Source: Candidatus Magasanikiibacteriota bacterium
GTDB lineage: Bacteria; Patescibacteriota; Patescibacteriia; Magasanikbacterales; 2-02-FULL-50-9b
NCBI GenBank assembly: GCA_023246755.1
Contig: JAHFHU010000004.1
Span: forward strand, 4,214 to 68,213
Reading direction: 5' to 3'
DNA length: 64,000 nt
Shown: positions 18,623 to 28,202 of the stretch, one piece after another
How the letters are laid out: the number at the start of each line of letters is the position of its first letter
Position numbering within the stretch: the first letter of the stretch is position 1
Notes under the pieces: model-generated
Database searches by the model: none
Seen by the model: only the letters and a program-made list of their open reading frames with translations
Told to the model about the DNA's origin: nothing
Translations under genes and position numbers: made by a program

Positions 18623-18637
18623 TAATTTTGCTTCGAA

Positions 18638-18709
18638 AGCCGAAGGTGGGATTCGAACCCACGGTCTACGGTTTACAAAACCGTTGCATTACCGCTATGC
18701 TACTTCGGC
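18638..18709 (-). tRNA. tRNA-Thr(TGT)
   Basis: Cloverleaf; anticodon loop TTTGTAA; no encoded CCA. Confidence 0.95.
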
Positions 18710-18792
18710 ATTTTACTTGCACATAGTATCATAGAACTCCCCATTTGGTCAATATAAAGTAGATCCACCCGCGTCGCTACTCAAACAAATCA

Positions 18793-18822
18793 AAAATTAC
18801 CACCCCTTCGGGTGGTAATTTT
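18793..18822 (-). terminator. Terminator hairpin after tRNA-Tyr
   Basis: AAAATTACCACCC/GGGTGGTAATTTT 13-bp inverted repeat. Confidence 0.7.
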
Positions 18823-18825
18823 GTT

Positions 18826-18908
18826 TGGGTGGAGAAGGATTCGAACCTTCGAAGGCGAAAGCCAACAGATTTACAGTCTGCCGTGTTTGACCGCTTCACT
18901 ATCCACCC
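18826..18908 (-). tRNA. tRNA-Tyr(GTA)
   Basis: Anticodon loop CTGTAAA; long variable arm. Confidence 0.96.
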
Positions 18909-18926
18909 ACATTTAATTTTTCTGTG

Positions 18927-19062
18927 GTTTCTGGTTATTTTTTGTGAGACTGCGCAGGCGCTGCGGGCCAGTGTCGCGCAGAGCGCGACGAGCAGCGCCG
19001 AGGAAGTTCTGAAATTTCTGCTGAGAAATTTCAGGTTGGTCTCACAAAAAATAACCAGAAAC
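18927..19062 (-). repeat. Structured dispersed element, copy A
   Basis: Perfect 24-bp terminal inverted repeat enclosing two hairpins; core homologous to 48621-48670. Confidence 0.8.
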
Positions 19063-19068
19063 AGACAC

Positions 19069-19144
19069 TGGAGCCGTTGATCGGATTTGAACCGATGACC
19101 TACTCCTTACCATGGAGTTGCTCTACCAACTGAGCTACAACGGC
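19069..19144 (-). tRNA. tRNA-Thr(GGT)
   Basis: Cloverleaf; anticodon loop ATGGTAA; encoded CCA. Confidence 0.96.
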
Positions 19145-19152
19145 GAATTCTA

Positions 19153-20058
19153 TCACATCCCTTCAATTCGCGCCTCCCATTCCCCCAACTTCTGATTTTC
19201 TGGATTTGCCTCTCGAAGTTGTAAAAACGCCTCGCGCGCCAAACGCTTATCGCCTGATATTATACTAATTTCTACGAGTTGGTCAAGCACCTTCGGATTA
19301 TGAGGTTCGATTTCGACCGCTTTTTTAAAAGCACCGATCGCTTCAGCGACGCCGCCCATCTCACGATAGCAATCGCCCAAATCAATCCATCGCTTCGCTA
19401 AGTGCGGATTAACCTTTAACGCGTGCTTGAATGCTGCCGACGCTTCAGCCCATTTAGCTTGCGCTTTGAGCGCGCGCCCCAAAAATGCCCACGCAAGTTC
19501 GACGACCGCATCAAGATGTTCGACCACATGTCGCATCGCCTCTTCCGCCTCATTCCACCGATCTTGATTAAAATATGTTTTACCAAGCCCGATATATGCA
19601 CTCACATTTTTTGGATCTAACGAAATAATTTCAACATAAATTTTTTCTGATTCTGTGTAACGTCCCGCACGCCGATGTTCGTCACCTTGCTCTAATAATT
19701 TGAGCAGGTGTGCACGTCGATCGTGGCGGCTTCTGCTTTTCCATTCGGTCCATTTTTGTTTCCATTCTTGATGTCGCACGTGATCAGCGATGTTGTTCGC
19801 AAAATTTCTAAATGAGCGTTGAAAAAATTCCCAACCACGCGCGATGGGACCAAAATATTCGCGCGCTCGCAAACCAAATTTTTTCAAATTTCGTTGAATG
19901 CGACCAACAACAAGCGCGTGCTTCGTCGTTTTTTCATGCGCCCGCGGAATAGAAGCCTCGTCAAAACCAGCGAGCGCTTCAAAATGACGCGTAACTAAAA
20001 TGGCTACCGCGGCCAACGATGCAAAAAACGTGATGATAAAAAAAATTAACCATGTCAT
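19153..20058 (-). CDS. Membrane-anchored TPR protein
   Basis: N-terminal TM; TPR-like repeats such as LDPKNVSAYIGLG. Confidence 0.85.
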   Translation of the reverse strand: MTWLIFFIITFFASLAAVAILVTRHFEALAGFDEASIPRAHEKTTKHALVVGRIQRNLKKFGLRAREYFGPIARGWEFFQRSFRNFANNIADHVRHQEWKQKWTEWKSRSRHDRRAHLLKLLEQGDEHRRAGRYTESEKIYVEIISLDPKNVSAYIGLGKTYFNQDRWNEAEEAMRHVVEHLDAVVELAWAFLGRALKAQAKWAEASAAFKHALKVNPHLAKRWIDLGDCYREMGGVAEAIGAFKKAVEIEPHNPKVLDQLVEISIISGDKRLAREAFLQLREANPENQKLGEWEARIEGM

Positions 20059-20801
20059 ATCGCTTTCGCCTGAATTATTTTTGACATTCGACCGAGCATC
20101 TCACTGCATCCAACAAACGTTGTTGATGCAGATCCAACCAACACGCCACGCGTATTTTCAAGATTGATAAATGCGGCGATATTTTTTTCATTCACACTGC
20201 CACCATAACAAATTGGCACACCGCGCACCTCACGCGCAATCGACGCGTGCATGTGTTCGGCCTCGTGCGGCTCAATCGCAAGCCCTGTTCCGATCGCCCA
20301 TCGTGGCTCATACGCAATGAGTGCGGGTGTCACGCCCTGCACCACACGAAGTTGCTCGCGCACAACCTCGCCCGCCCGCGCCGCGTGTCGCTCATCCTGC
20401 GTTTCACCAACGCAATAAATAATCCCCAACCCCGCCTTATGTGCGGCAGAAATTTTTTTCGACAGCATCATGGCGTCTTCATTAAAAAATTGCCTGCGCT
20501 CCGCGTGTCCAATAATCACGTATCGCGCACCCATTTTTTTTAACTCACTCGACGAGATTCCACCCGTAAACGCACCCGCATCTGCTATTCCACAATCTTG
20601 TGCCGCAATTTTTATCTTTGATCGTGACTGTTTCACGAGCGCGCTGACCGACGACAACGCAAGCATCGATGGCGCCACGATAATTTCGATGTCGCGCAAA
20701 ATTTTATTGCCCCGTTCGTAGCGAATTAATTGACGGATCAATTGCTCGCTTTTTGCAACGGACAAATACATTTTCCAGTTCGCAACAAAATATCGTTTCA
20801 T
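20055..20801 (-). CDS. tpiA: Triosephosphate isomerase
   Basis: ANWKM, IGHAERR, AYEP.WAIGTG and YGGSV motifs. Confidence 0.96.
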   Translation of the reverse strand: MKRYFVANWKMYLSVAKSEQLIRQLIRYERGNKILRDIEIIVAPSMLALSSVSALVKQSRSKIKIAAQDCGIADAGAFTGGISSSELKKMGARYVIIGHAERRQFFNEDAMMLSKKISAAHKAGLGIIYCVGETQDERHAARAGEVVREQLRVVQGVTPALIAYEPRWAIGTGLAIEPHEAEHMHASIAREVRGVPICYGGSVNEKNIAAFINLENTRGVLVGSASTTFVGCSEMLGRMSKIIQAKAI

Positions 20802-20810
20802 ACGTCGATA

Positions 20811-22112
20811 TTATTTTGGTAACCAGGGCAACCGCGCGGCCTTAAGAAATTCAGCGCCACTCTTGTACGGGCCGATGACCCCCATCTTTGCATTTTTGAA
20901 ATTAATAACTTCGCGAGCAACCGCATTGACGTCGGCAACCGAAACTTTCATGATGCGCTTAAACTTCTCTTCGGGAGTCTCAACTTTTTTCATCAACAAT
21001 TTTTGCTGTCCAAAAAAATCTGCAACGCGTGCAGAATCTTCAAACTGCAAAATCATTTTCCCCGCAAGATGATCTTTTGCCATCTTAACTTCCGTTTCAG
21101 TCACCCCTGTTTTCAGCAGCGTTTGCAACTCTTCATACATAACGGACATCGCCTCATTTAAACGCGATTTATCAAGCCCTGACGTGATCGTAAACGCACC
21201 GGCATCAGAATAATTTGTTACGCCGGTACGAATAATATAGCAGAGACCACGTCGCTCGCGAACGCCAATAAATAAGCGCGAGCTCATCGAACCACCCAAA
21301 ATTACATGGAGCAATAACAGCGCTGCATTTCGCGGATCATCATAATTAAATGCGGGAAATCCAAGCACCATGTGCATCTGATCCGTTTGTTTGAACATGA
21401 CTTTGACAGGATCCGGCGATGCTTTGCGTGCAGCAGTCCACGAAAACTTTTTGTGGGTGAGCTGTTTAACCCCATGCGTTTTTTCTGCACCAAAATATTT
21501 TTTGATGAGCGGACGAACTTTTTTTTCAACTTTCCCCGCAAGGACAAGAACGAGATGTTCCGGCGCGTAAAATCGTTTTTTGTATGCGATGAGCGCGCCG
21601 AGGTCCATTGATTTAATATTTTCAACCGGTCCGCCAATGCGCGCGCCGAGCATATTCCCCGCAAACATGTGCTCCTCAAACAACTCCTCAACTTTCATCG
21701 ACGGATTATCTTCGTACATGTTCAGCTCCTCAACAATCACGCCACGCTCACGCTCAAATTCCTCAGCATCAAATTTCGATTTATACAACATGTCGGACAA
21801 CAAATCGAGCGCGAGCTCTGTATGGCGCGCGGCAATCTTTACATAATACGCCGTGTGATCTTTGCTCGTAAACGCGTTGTAATCCGCACCAACAGCATCC
21901 AGTTGTTTCGATAAATCCTCTGTCTTCGGACGTTTCTCCGTTCCCTTGAACATCATGTGTTCGATAAAATGCGAACCACCCCAGAGCGGCATCGGTTCAT
22001 AACGACTACCAACTGCAAAATATGCAAGCGCGGTCACCGCCTGCGTGTCGTGGCTTGGCGCGATGATGATCCGCGTGCCGTTGCTCAGCTTATATTGCTC
22101 GAATGCAGGCAT
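20811..22112 (-). CDS. M16 (pitrilysin-family) zinc peptidase
   Basis: HFIEHMMFKGT, NAFTS and SSRLF..VRE.RGL.Y motifs. Confidence 0.95.
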   Translation of the reverse strand: MPAFEQYKLSNGTRIIIAPSHDTQAVTALAYFAVGSRYEPMPLWGGSHFIEHMMFKGTEKRPKTEDLSKQLDAVGADYNAFTSKDHTAYYVKIAARHTELALDLLSDMLYKSKFDAEEFERERGVIVEELNMYEDNPSMKVEELFEEHMFAGNMLGARIGGPVENIKSMDLGALIAYKKRFYAPEHLVLVLAGKVEKKVRPLIKKYFGAEKTHGVKQLTHKKFSWTAARKASPDPVKVMFKQTDQMHMVLGFPAFNYDDPRNAALLLLHVILGGSMSSRLFIGVRERRGLCYIIRTGVTNYSDAGAFTITSGLDKSRLNEAMSVMYEELQTLLKTGVTETEVKMAKDHLAGKMILQFEDSARVADFFGQQKLLMKKVETPEEKFKRIMKVSVADVNAVAREVINFKNAKMGVIGPYKSGAEFLKAARLPWLPK

Positions 22113-22117
22113 AAAAT

Positions 22118-23488
22118 TTATTTTACTAAACGTTTTTTGATCTCATCAGCCAACTCCGTAATCGAAACCCGCGTCTGTTCCATCGTGTCGCGATCGCGAA
22201 TTGTTACACATCGATCTTCAAGCGAATCAAAATCAAACGTCACACAAAGCGGCGTTCCAATTTCGTCCTGTCGACGATATCGCTTTCCGATTGATTGTGT
22301 TTCATCGTATTCAACTGTGATGTCCGCGTTACGCAACGCTTGCGCAAGCGCACGCGCAGGCACAGACAACTCTTCTTTTTTCGAGAGCGGCAAAATTGCA
22401 ACTTTCACCGGCGCCATCCAATACGGAAATCGCATCACCACGCGCACATCCTCGTCACCAACCTCTTCGTCATACGCTTCAAGCATCGCCACCAGCACCG
22501 TTCGGTCAACACCAAACGACGGTTCGATCACATGCGGAACAATTTTTTCTTTCTGATCGTCCGGATTCGCAAATTTTAACTCCGCGCCGCTGTGCTCCTC
22601 GTGTTTACTCAAATCATAGTCCGTGCGATATGCCAATCCGTACAATTCTTTTTGCCCAAACGGATAATCATATTCAACATCAATCGTGCGTTTGGAATAA
22701 AATGCACGATCTTCGTCGGAAATTTCAACGTAATGCACGCGCTCTGATTTGATGCCAAGCAGTGCGACCCATTTTTTCATCTGCTCGAGCCACAATTCAA
22801 AATGTTCCTGCCATTCTTCGGCACGAATAAAATATTCGATCTCCATTTGTTCAAACTCGCGCTGACGAAAAATAAAGTTACCCGGGGTGATTTCATTTCG
22901 AAACGCTTTTCCAATTTGCGCGACGCCAAATGGCAACCGCCGACGCGATGTTTCCACAATATTTTTAAAATCAACAAACATCGCTTGCGCCGTTTCCGGA
23001 CGCATGTACACAACCGCGGAATCGTCCTGTACCGGCCCCAGCCATGTTCGAAGCATCATGTTAAATTGATGGGGCACAGAAAAATTTTGTTTGCCGCACA
23101 CCGAACATTTCGCTGCCAAAATATTCCAACCGCCCTCTGCGCCCGCGTCCTGCACCGCGCCATCCAGATTATCAACTCGCAATCGCGCGTGACATGATTT
23201 ACATTCGACCATGGGATCGCTAAACGTCGCAACATGACCCGTCGCCTCCCACACTTTCGGATTCATCAAAAGCGCCGCGTCAATCCCAACCATATCACCG
23301 CGCCGCGTCACAAACAATTTCCACCACATCTGTTTGATATTGTTTTTGAGCTCAACGCCGAGCGGCCCGTAATCCCATGAATTCGCGAGGCCCCCATAAA
23401 TTTCAGAACCCGGATAAATAAATCCGCGCCGTTTACACAGCGAAACCAATTTTTCCATGAGTTCTGGCCCGCGCGAAAATTCACCCAT
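22118..23488 (-). CDS. glyQS: Glycine--tRNA ligase, alpha2 type
   Basis: SEIYGG, RPETAQ, GKAFRNEITP, VIEPSFG, IGKRYRRQDEIGTP motifs. Confidence 0.97.
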   Translation of the reverse strand: MGEFSRGPELMEKLVSLCKRRGFIYPGSEIYGGLANSWDYGPLGVELKNNIKQMWWKLFVTRRGDMVGIDAALLMNPKVWEATGHVATFSDPMVECKSCHARLRVDNLDGAVQDAGAEGGWNILAAKCSVCGKQNFSVPHQFNMMLRTWLGPVQDDSAVVYMRPETAQAMFVDFKNIVETSRRRLPFGVAQIGKAFRNEITPGNFIFRQREFEQMEIEYFIRAEEWQEHFELWLEQMKKWVALLGIKSERVHYVEISDEDRAFYSKRTIDVEYDYPFGQKELYGLAYRTDYDLSKHEEHSGAELKFANPDDQKEKIVPHVIEPSFGVDRTVLVAMLEAYDEEVGDEDVRVVMRFPYWMAPVKVAILPLSKKEELSVPARALAQALRNADITVEYDETQSIGKRYRRQDEIGTPLCVTFDFDSLEDRCVTIRDRDTMEQTRVSITELADEIKKRLVK

Positions 23489-23498
23489 ACGATCAAAA

Positions 23499-24047
23499 TT
23501 AAATTTTCATGATCTCCGCTTCCTTATCCGCTGCAACCGATTTCAATCTATCATTATATTCTTTACACAGATGATCAAGCGACTCCATATCCGCAAATTT
23601 TTGATCTTCCGGAATTTCGCCAGAGTCTTCGGCTCTGATGATCATCGTGCGCACTTCTTCACGCGATTGACGAATTCGGATGCGCGCCTCTTCTTCTTTT
23701 TGGCCCACAATTTTAACCAAACTCCGTCGATTTTCCTCGGTCATCGGCGGCATCACGATGCGAACAACTTTACCATCGTTGACCGGATTAATGCCGAGCC
23801 CCGCATTTCGAATTCCCTCTTCAATTGCCTTCATTAAAGATTTATCCCACGGCTCAACGGCGAGTGATTTTGCATCCGTCACCGAAATCGATGCGACGCC
23901 TTTGACTGCCATCGGTGCACCATACGCATCAACAATAATATTTTCAACCAACGCTGGCGACGCGCGGCCCGTTCGCAGCTGCGACAACTCACCTTTCAAA
24001 AATTCAACCGTTGCCATCAATTCTTCCTGTGCTGTTTCGAGATACAT
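23499..24047 (-). CDS. frr: Ribosome recycling factor
   Basis: LRTGRA.P, PP.TEE.R motifs; ATG 24047 avoids overlap with the upstream gene. Confidence 0.96.
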   Translation of the reverse strand: MYLETAQEELMATVEFLKGELSQLRTGRASPALVENIIVDAYGAPMAVKGVASISVTDAKSLAVEPWDKSLMKAIEEGIRNAGLGINPVNDGKVVRIVMPPMTEENRRSLVKIVGQKEEEARIRIRQSREEVRTMIIRAEDSGEIPEDQKFADMESLDHLCKEYNDRLKSVAADKEAEIMKI

Positions 24048-24055
24048 AAATTTTT

Positions 24056-25165
24056 TTATTGTTGTGGTGGTCGCCATCCGCCGAACCAGACGAATTCTGT
24101 GTCGACTCCGTTAACGAGCCCTGAATTAACCCACAGTGTTTTAATGATGCGCGCAGTCGGAACACGTTTCGTCGCCCATGATTTTCCGCCGTCATCCGTG
24201 CGATAGAACCCTTTCGGCGTGCTGTAATAAATTCGATTTGAATTTTTTGGACTCACGGCAAGCGACAAGATTTGCGTCTCTTGTGGGCCGGTCAAGAGCT
24301 CAAGCGCTGTCCACGCAGTTCCCAAATCATCGGACCGCAAAATACCATATTTTGTTCCGATAAGCAAGCTAGTGCTCTTCGCGGGATCGAGCGCAATTGC
24401 ATAAACTTCTTCAGCGCCTGCAAACTTTTTTAGATCAACAGCTCCCCATGTCGTTCCCCCATCAAAACTCGCGCGCAACCCACCGCGCGACGTTCCCACA
24501 AAAACAGTCTGACCATTTGGATGCGCCACAATTGTTCGCACCGCGCGATCCTCAAAACGAGCGACATTTTCCCACGACGCTCCCGCATTACTACTTCGAT
24601 ACACGTTGCCTACCGTATCGCCGAGAAATAATTGTTTTGAATTTGCGGGATTAATCGCAACCGATCGTAACTGCGCATCTTTAAGATCCGTGAGCGTGTA
24701 CACAACTCCCCAATTTCGGCTGCAATCTGCGGTGCGAATCAGATAACTTTTTCCCGTCGGCGCGATGACCGTTGCGTAGACAAGACATTTATTTTCTGGA
24801 TCAACCGCGATGTTGTTAACCGAGGCTGTTGTCAATTGTAATTCCGCCGGCGCAAAATTTTTCGCCTGCTGCCATCCTTCGCCACCATCAAACGAATAAA
24901 AAATGCCATTGGCGCTCGTCCCAACCCACATCGATTTTGGATCTTTTGGATCAACGGTAAACGTGTTGACATCAAAACCACCAAACGAGAGCGGAGTTGC
25001 CGCCGTTGTCAAAACACGACTCTGCGCGGTCCATGTATTGCCCCCATCAACCGAACGAAACAGACCACCATCCGGGCCTTGCGATCCGGACGAGGCGCCA
25101 CAGCCCGCACCAAGAACGGTGAGCGCCGCACCGATGACTAAAATCTTGCCAAGAGTTGTTTGCAT
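24056..25165 (-). CDS. Lipoprotein with BNR/Asp-box beta-propeller (Ycf48/VPS10-like)
   Basis: LGAGC lipobox; repeated S.DGG..W. Confidence 0.88.
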   Translation of the reverse strand: MQTTLGKILVIGAALTVLGAGCGASSGSQGPDGGLFRSVDGGNTWTAQSRVLTTAATPLSFGGFDVNTFTVDPKDPKSMWVGTSANGIFYSFDGGEGWQQAKNFAPAELQLTTASVNNIAVDPENKCLVYATVIAPTGKSYLIRTADCSRNWGVVYTLTDLKDAQLRSVAINPANSKQLFLGDTVGNVYRSSNAGASWENVARFEDRAVRTIVAHPNGQTVFVGTSRGGLRASFDGGTTWGAVDLKKFAGAEEVYAIALDPAKSTSLLIGTKYGILRSDDLGTAWTALELLTGPQETQILSLAVSPKNSNRIYYSTPKGFYRTDDGGKSWATKRVPTARIIKTLWVNSGLVNGVDTEFVWFGGWRPPQQ

Positions 25166-25189
25166 AGCATGTAAAAAGTTACCCCCAGT

Positions 25190-26074
25190 TTAGCACGAAA
25201 CAAGCTCGATTACAATTCGCTCAATCAAAAGCCGCGGGTGCATATTTTCAAACAGAAGGGGGATCGTTTTTGCGATCTGTCGGATCGCGGGATGGCTCGG
25301 CTGATCGATTGCAAGCCACGTCGCCCACCATTCGAGAATTTCCGCGAGCTCAGCGCGCGCTTCGATGTGCCGATCTTTTTTTGCAAAAAAATCCGTGATT
25401 AATTTTTCAACCGCACTCGTTGTACGACAGCGGCGAATTTCGGCGAATCGTATTCGCTCAGCAATAACGCGTTCACGAAACGTCGCGTCACGGATATAGG
25501 CAATCGCAATCCCCGGACGACCTCGTCCAATTTCGAGCGCGCTCTTAATTTCTGTTTCGTGCGCGCCACGCGATGCAAGTTCATGTCGAATCAGTGCATC
25601 GGGCACCGCCGAGAGATGCAGCCGTGCCGCACGCGATTTGATCGTCGCAAGAACACTCTCCTCATTCCGCGCAAGAATGATAAAAAAAAGGTTCGTGCCC
25701 GGCTCTTCCATGATTTTGAGCAGCGCATTGCTTGACTCTTGTTGCAACTCTTCAGCTCGTTCAATCAAAATAATCTGTGGACCCGCGTGTTGAATATGAA
25801 ACAGCGAACGAATTTCTCGAATCGCTTGAACAGGAATGACGGCGCGCGGCGCACCTGTTTTAGGATCGACGCCAGCGGTCAACCGAATAATATTGGGGTG
25901 CGTCTCGGCTCGCTCCGACGCACATCCAAGCAAGCGCGCCGCGGCAAAAAGCGCAACGGTTGTTTTCCCGACATGCGCAGGACCCGTGATGAGCAGTGTG
26001 TGGGGAAACTGCTCGAGCGCAATCGCATCAAGATAGTTCACCACGCGTTCATGTCCGATTATTTTATGTTCCAT
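25190..26074 (-). CDS. holB: DNA polymerase III delta' subunit
   Basis: GPAHVGKT, NALLK..EEP and TIKSR motifs. Confidence 0.9.
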   Translation of the reverse strand: MEHKIIGHERVVNYLDAIALEQFPHTLLITGPAHVGKTTVALFAAARLLGCASERAETHPNIIRLTAGVDPKTGAPRAVIPVQAIREIRSLFHIQHAGPQIILIERAEELQQESSNALLKIMEEPGTNLFFIILARNEESVLATIKSRAARLHLSAVPDALIRHELASRGAHETEIKSALEIGRGRPGIAIAYIRDATFRERVIAERIRFAEIRRCRTTSAVEKLITDFFAKKDRHIEARAELAEILEWWATWLAIDQPSHPAIRQIAKTIPLLFENMHPRLLIERIVIELVSC

Positions 26075-27167
26075 ATAAAACCGCGCGTGTTAATTCGGCT
26101 GTGTGTTTCCATGAAAATAGTGCGGCGCGCGCATAGCCGGACGTAATCAACGCCCCACGAAAATTTTCATCGGTGGTCGCGCGCGCGAGCAGGGCAAAAA
26201 ATTCTTCTTCGTCGTGCGCCAAAGCTGCTCCGTCGCCCGCAACTTCAGCAACCGATCCGTGCGCAAAACCAACGACCGGCAATCCGCGGGCCATGCCTTC
26301 CAAAAAATTAAATCCAAACCCTTCGTAACGCGTCGGGAGCGCGAGCACGCGCGCGTGTCGGTAAAGATTCTCCAACACTTCCGGCGACGTGAATCCGAGC
26401 AGATGAATGTCTTGGATAAATTCCGAACGCGAAACCTGCGCTAAAATTTTCTCAAACCCAACGCCGTGCGCGCCCGCAAACACGAGATCAACCGCGTGCC
26501 CCTGTTCACGCATGTGCTCAAACGCGCGAATCAAAATATCAGAACCTTTTTTGTATTCAACACGGCCAACCGCGAGAATAAACGGGTGTGAAAACGGCGG
26601 CGTTTGTGCTCCCGTACTCGTTTGCTGCTGTGCGCCCCGCGGCAACGCAAACGGCGTTACAACAATTTTTTCGACTGAAATTTTGTAGCGCGCGACGAGT
26701 TGTGATTGCGTCTCAACCGACGGCACGATAATTTTTCTTGCACGCACAGCATTGATCCGCGTCATCACACGCGCGAACATCCGTTCACGCCACGAAAATG
26801 CTTCGGGTAAAAATTCAAACGCAATATCATGAATCACCACAACTGAATTTTGGGGTGAAAAAAATGGTGCGACGTGTGCCGGTGAAAAAAACACGGCATC
26901 TTTTTTCGACGCGCGCGCCCATGCCCACGCGAGACACGCTTGTGTCCACAAAAATTTCGGTGGCCACCGCAAAATTTTCCATGTCACCCGATCTGTCGCG
27001 ACTAATTGAGGAAAAACTTCAGCGATGCGATGTGCAGCGTAATTCGGCGCATACAATACAAATTCTCCACCTCCCGCAACAAGATGTTCGATAATTTCTC
27101 GCGCATAAACGTTCACACCCGTTGGTTGCGCATCGAGCGCGCGCGACGCATCAATATGCACGATCAT
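26064..27167 (-). CDS. Glycosyltransferase family 4
   Basis: IHD, VGRVEYKKG and YEGFG..FLEGM..G.PV motifs. Confidence 0.93.
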   Translation of the reverse strand: MIVHIDASRALDAQPTGVNVYAREIIEHLVAGGGEFVLYAPNYAAHRIAEVFPQLVATDRVTWKILRWPPKFLWTQACLAWAWARASKKDAVFFSPAHVAPFFSPQNSVVVIHDIAFEFLPEAFSWRERMFARVMTRINAVRARKIIVPSVETQSQLVARYKISVEKIVVTPFALPRGAQQQTSTGAQTPPFSHPFILAVGRVEYKKGSDILIRAFEHMREQGHAVDLVFAGAHGVGFEKILAQVSRSEFIQDIHLLGFTSPEVLENLYRHARVLALPTRYEGFGFNFLEGMARGLPVVGFAHGSVAEVAGDGAALAHDEEEFFALLARATTDENFRGALITSGYARAALFSWKHTAELTRAVLYGT

Positions 27168-27176
27168 AATTAAAAA

Positions 27177-28190
27177 TTATCTTGTCGCTAAAATACTTCG
27201 CTTGTACGCATCCAGATTTTCAAGCGCGATCCCCGTGCCTTTAACCACACAAAGAAGCGGCTCTTCGGCTACGTGCGCCGGCACACCCGTACTTTCGGTG
27301 AGCAAAACATCGAGGTTACGCAACGCGCTTGTTCCGCCGGACAACACCATCCCTTTTTCAATCACGTCCGCTGACAATTCAGGCGGCGTGCGATATAAAA
27401 CGTCTTTGACCGCCTGAATCAGCCCCTCGAGTTCGTGTTGAATTGCGTCCGTCACATCATCCGACGTCACGCTTAAAACGCGTGGCAATCCAGAAATCAT
27501 ATCGCGCCCACGAATTTCAATCGTTAATTTACTTTCCAAATACATTGCCGACCCCACTTCGATTTTAATTTCTTCAGCCGTCCGCTCACCAATCGCCAAA
27601 CCATACTTACGACGAATATATTCGGTGATTGCGGTGTCCAATTTGTTGCCACCAATGCGAACAGATCCGCTTGAAACGATGCCCCCCAAGGAAATCACCG
27701 CAATTTCCGATGTGCCGCCACCGATATTCACAATCATGTGGCCGCTCGCCGAACCAATCGGGATGTCTGCTCCAATTGCTGCAACGATCGGCTCTTTGAT
27801 GATATAGGCCGCTTTTGCCCCGGCGGCCATCGTCGCGTCGATTACCGCGCGGCGCTCGGTCGATGTAATTCCACCCGGCACCGACACCATCACCTCGGGA
27901 CGAAACAATCGGACGCCGCCGAGCGCCTTGTTGATAAAATATCGGAGCATCGCCTCCGTCACCCGATAATCCGCAATCACCCCGTCTTTGAGTGGGCGCA
28001 GCGCGACAATGGTATCCGGCGTGCGACCCAACATGTCTTTTGCCTCTTTTCCAACGGCCAAAACTTTTTTGTCATGTTTTGAAATTGCAACAACGGACGG
28101 TTCATTGATAACAATTCCCCGCTTCGGAACGTACACCAAAATATTTGTCGTCCCCAAATCAATGCCGATCTTCGGATTCAAACTCATCAT
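27177..28190 (-). CDS. mreB: Rod shape-determining protein MreB
   Basis: IGIDLGT, NEPSVVA, IGGGTSE and TPPELSAD motifs. Confidence 0.97.
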   Translation of the reverse strand: MMSLNPKIGIDLGTTNILVYVPKRGIVINEPSVVAISKHDKKVLAVGKEAKDMLGRTPDTIVALRPLKDGVIADYRVTEAMLRYFINKALGGVRLFRPEVMVSVPGGITSTERRAVIDATMAAGAKAAYIIKEPIVAAIGADIPIGSASGHMIVNIGGGTSEIAVISLGGIVSSGSVRIGGNKLDTAITEYIRRKYGLAIGERTAEEIKIEVGSAMYLESKLTIEIRGRDMISGLPRVLSVTSDDVTDAIQHELEGLIQAVKDVLYRTPPELSADVIEKGMVLSGGTSALRNLDVLLTESTGVPAHVAEEPLLCVVKGTGIALENLDAYKRSILATR

Positions 28191-28202
28191 ATCAACCCGT
28201 CG

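Noticed and set aside
18829-19080. 83-aa ORF
   Set aside because: It is the reverse strand of tRNA-Tyr and the structured element
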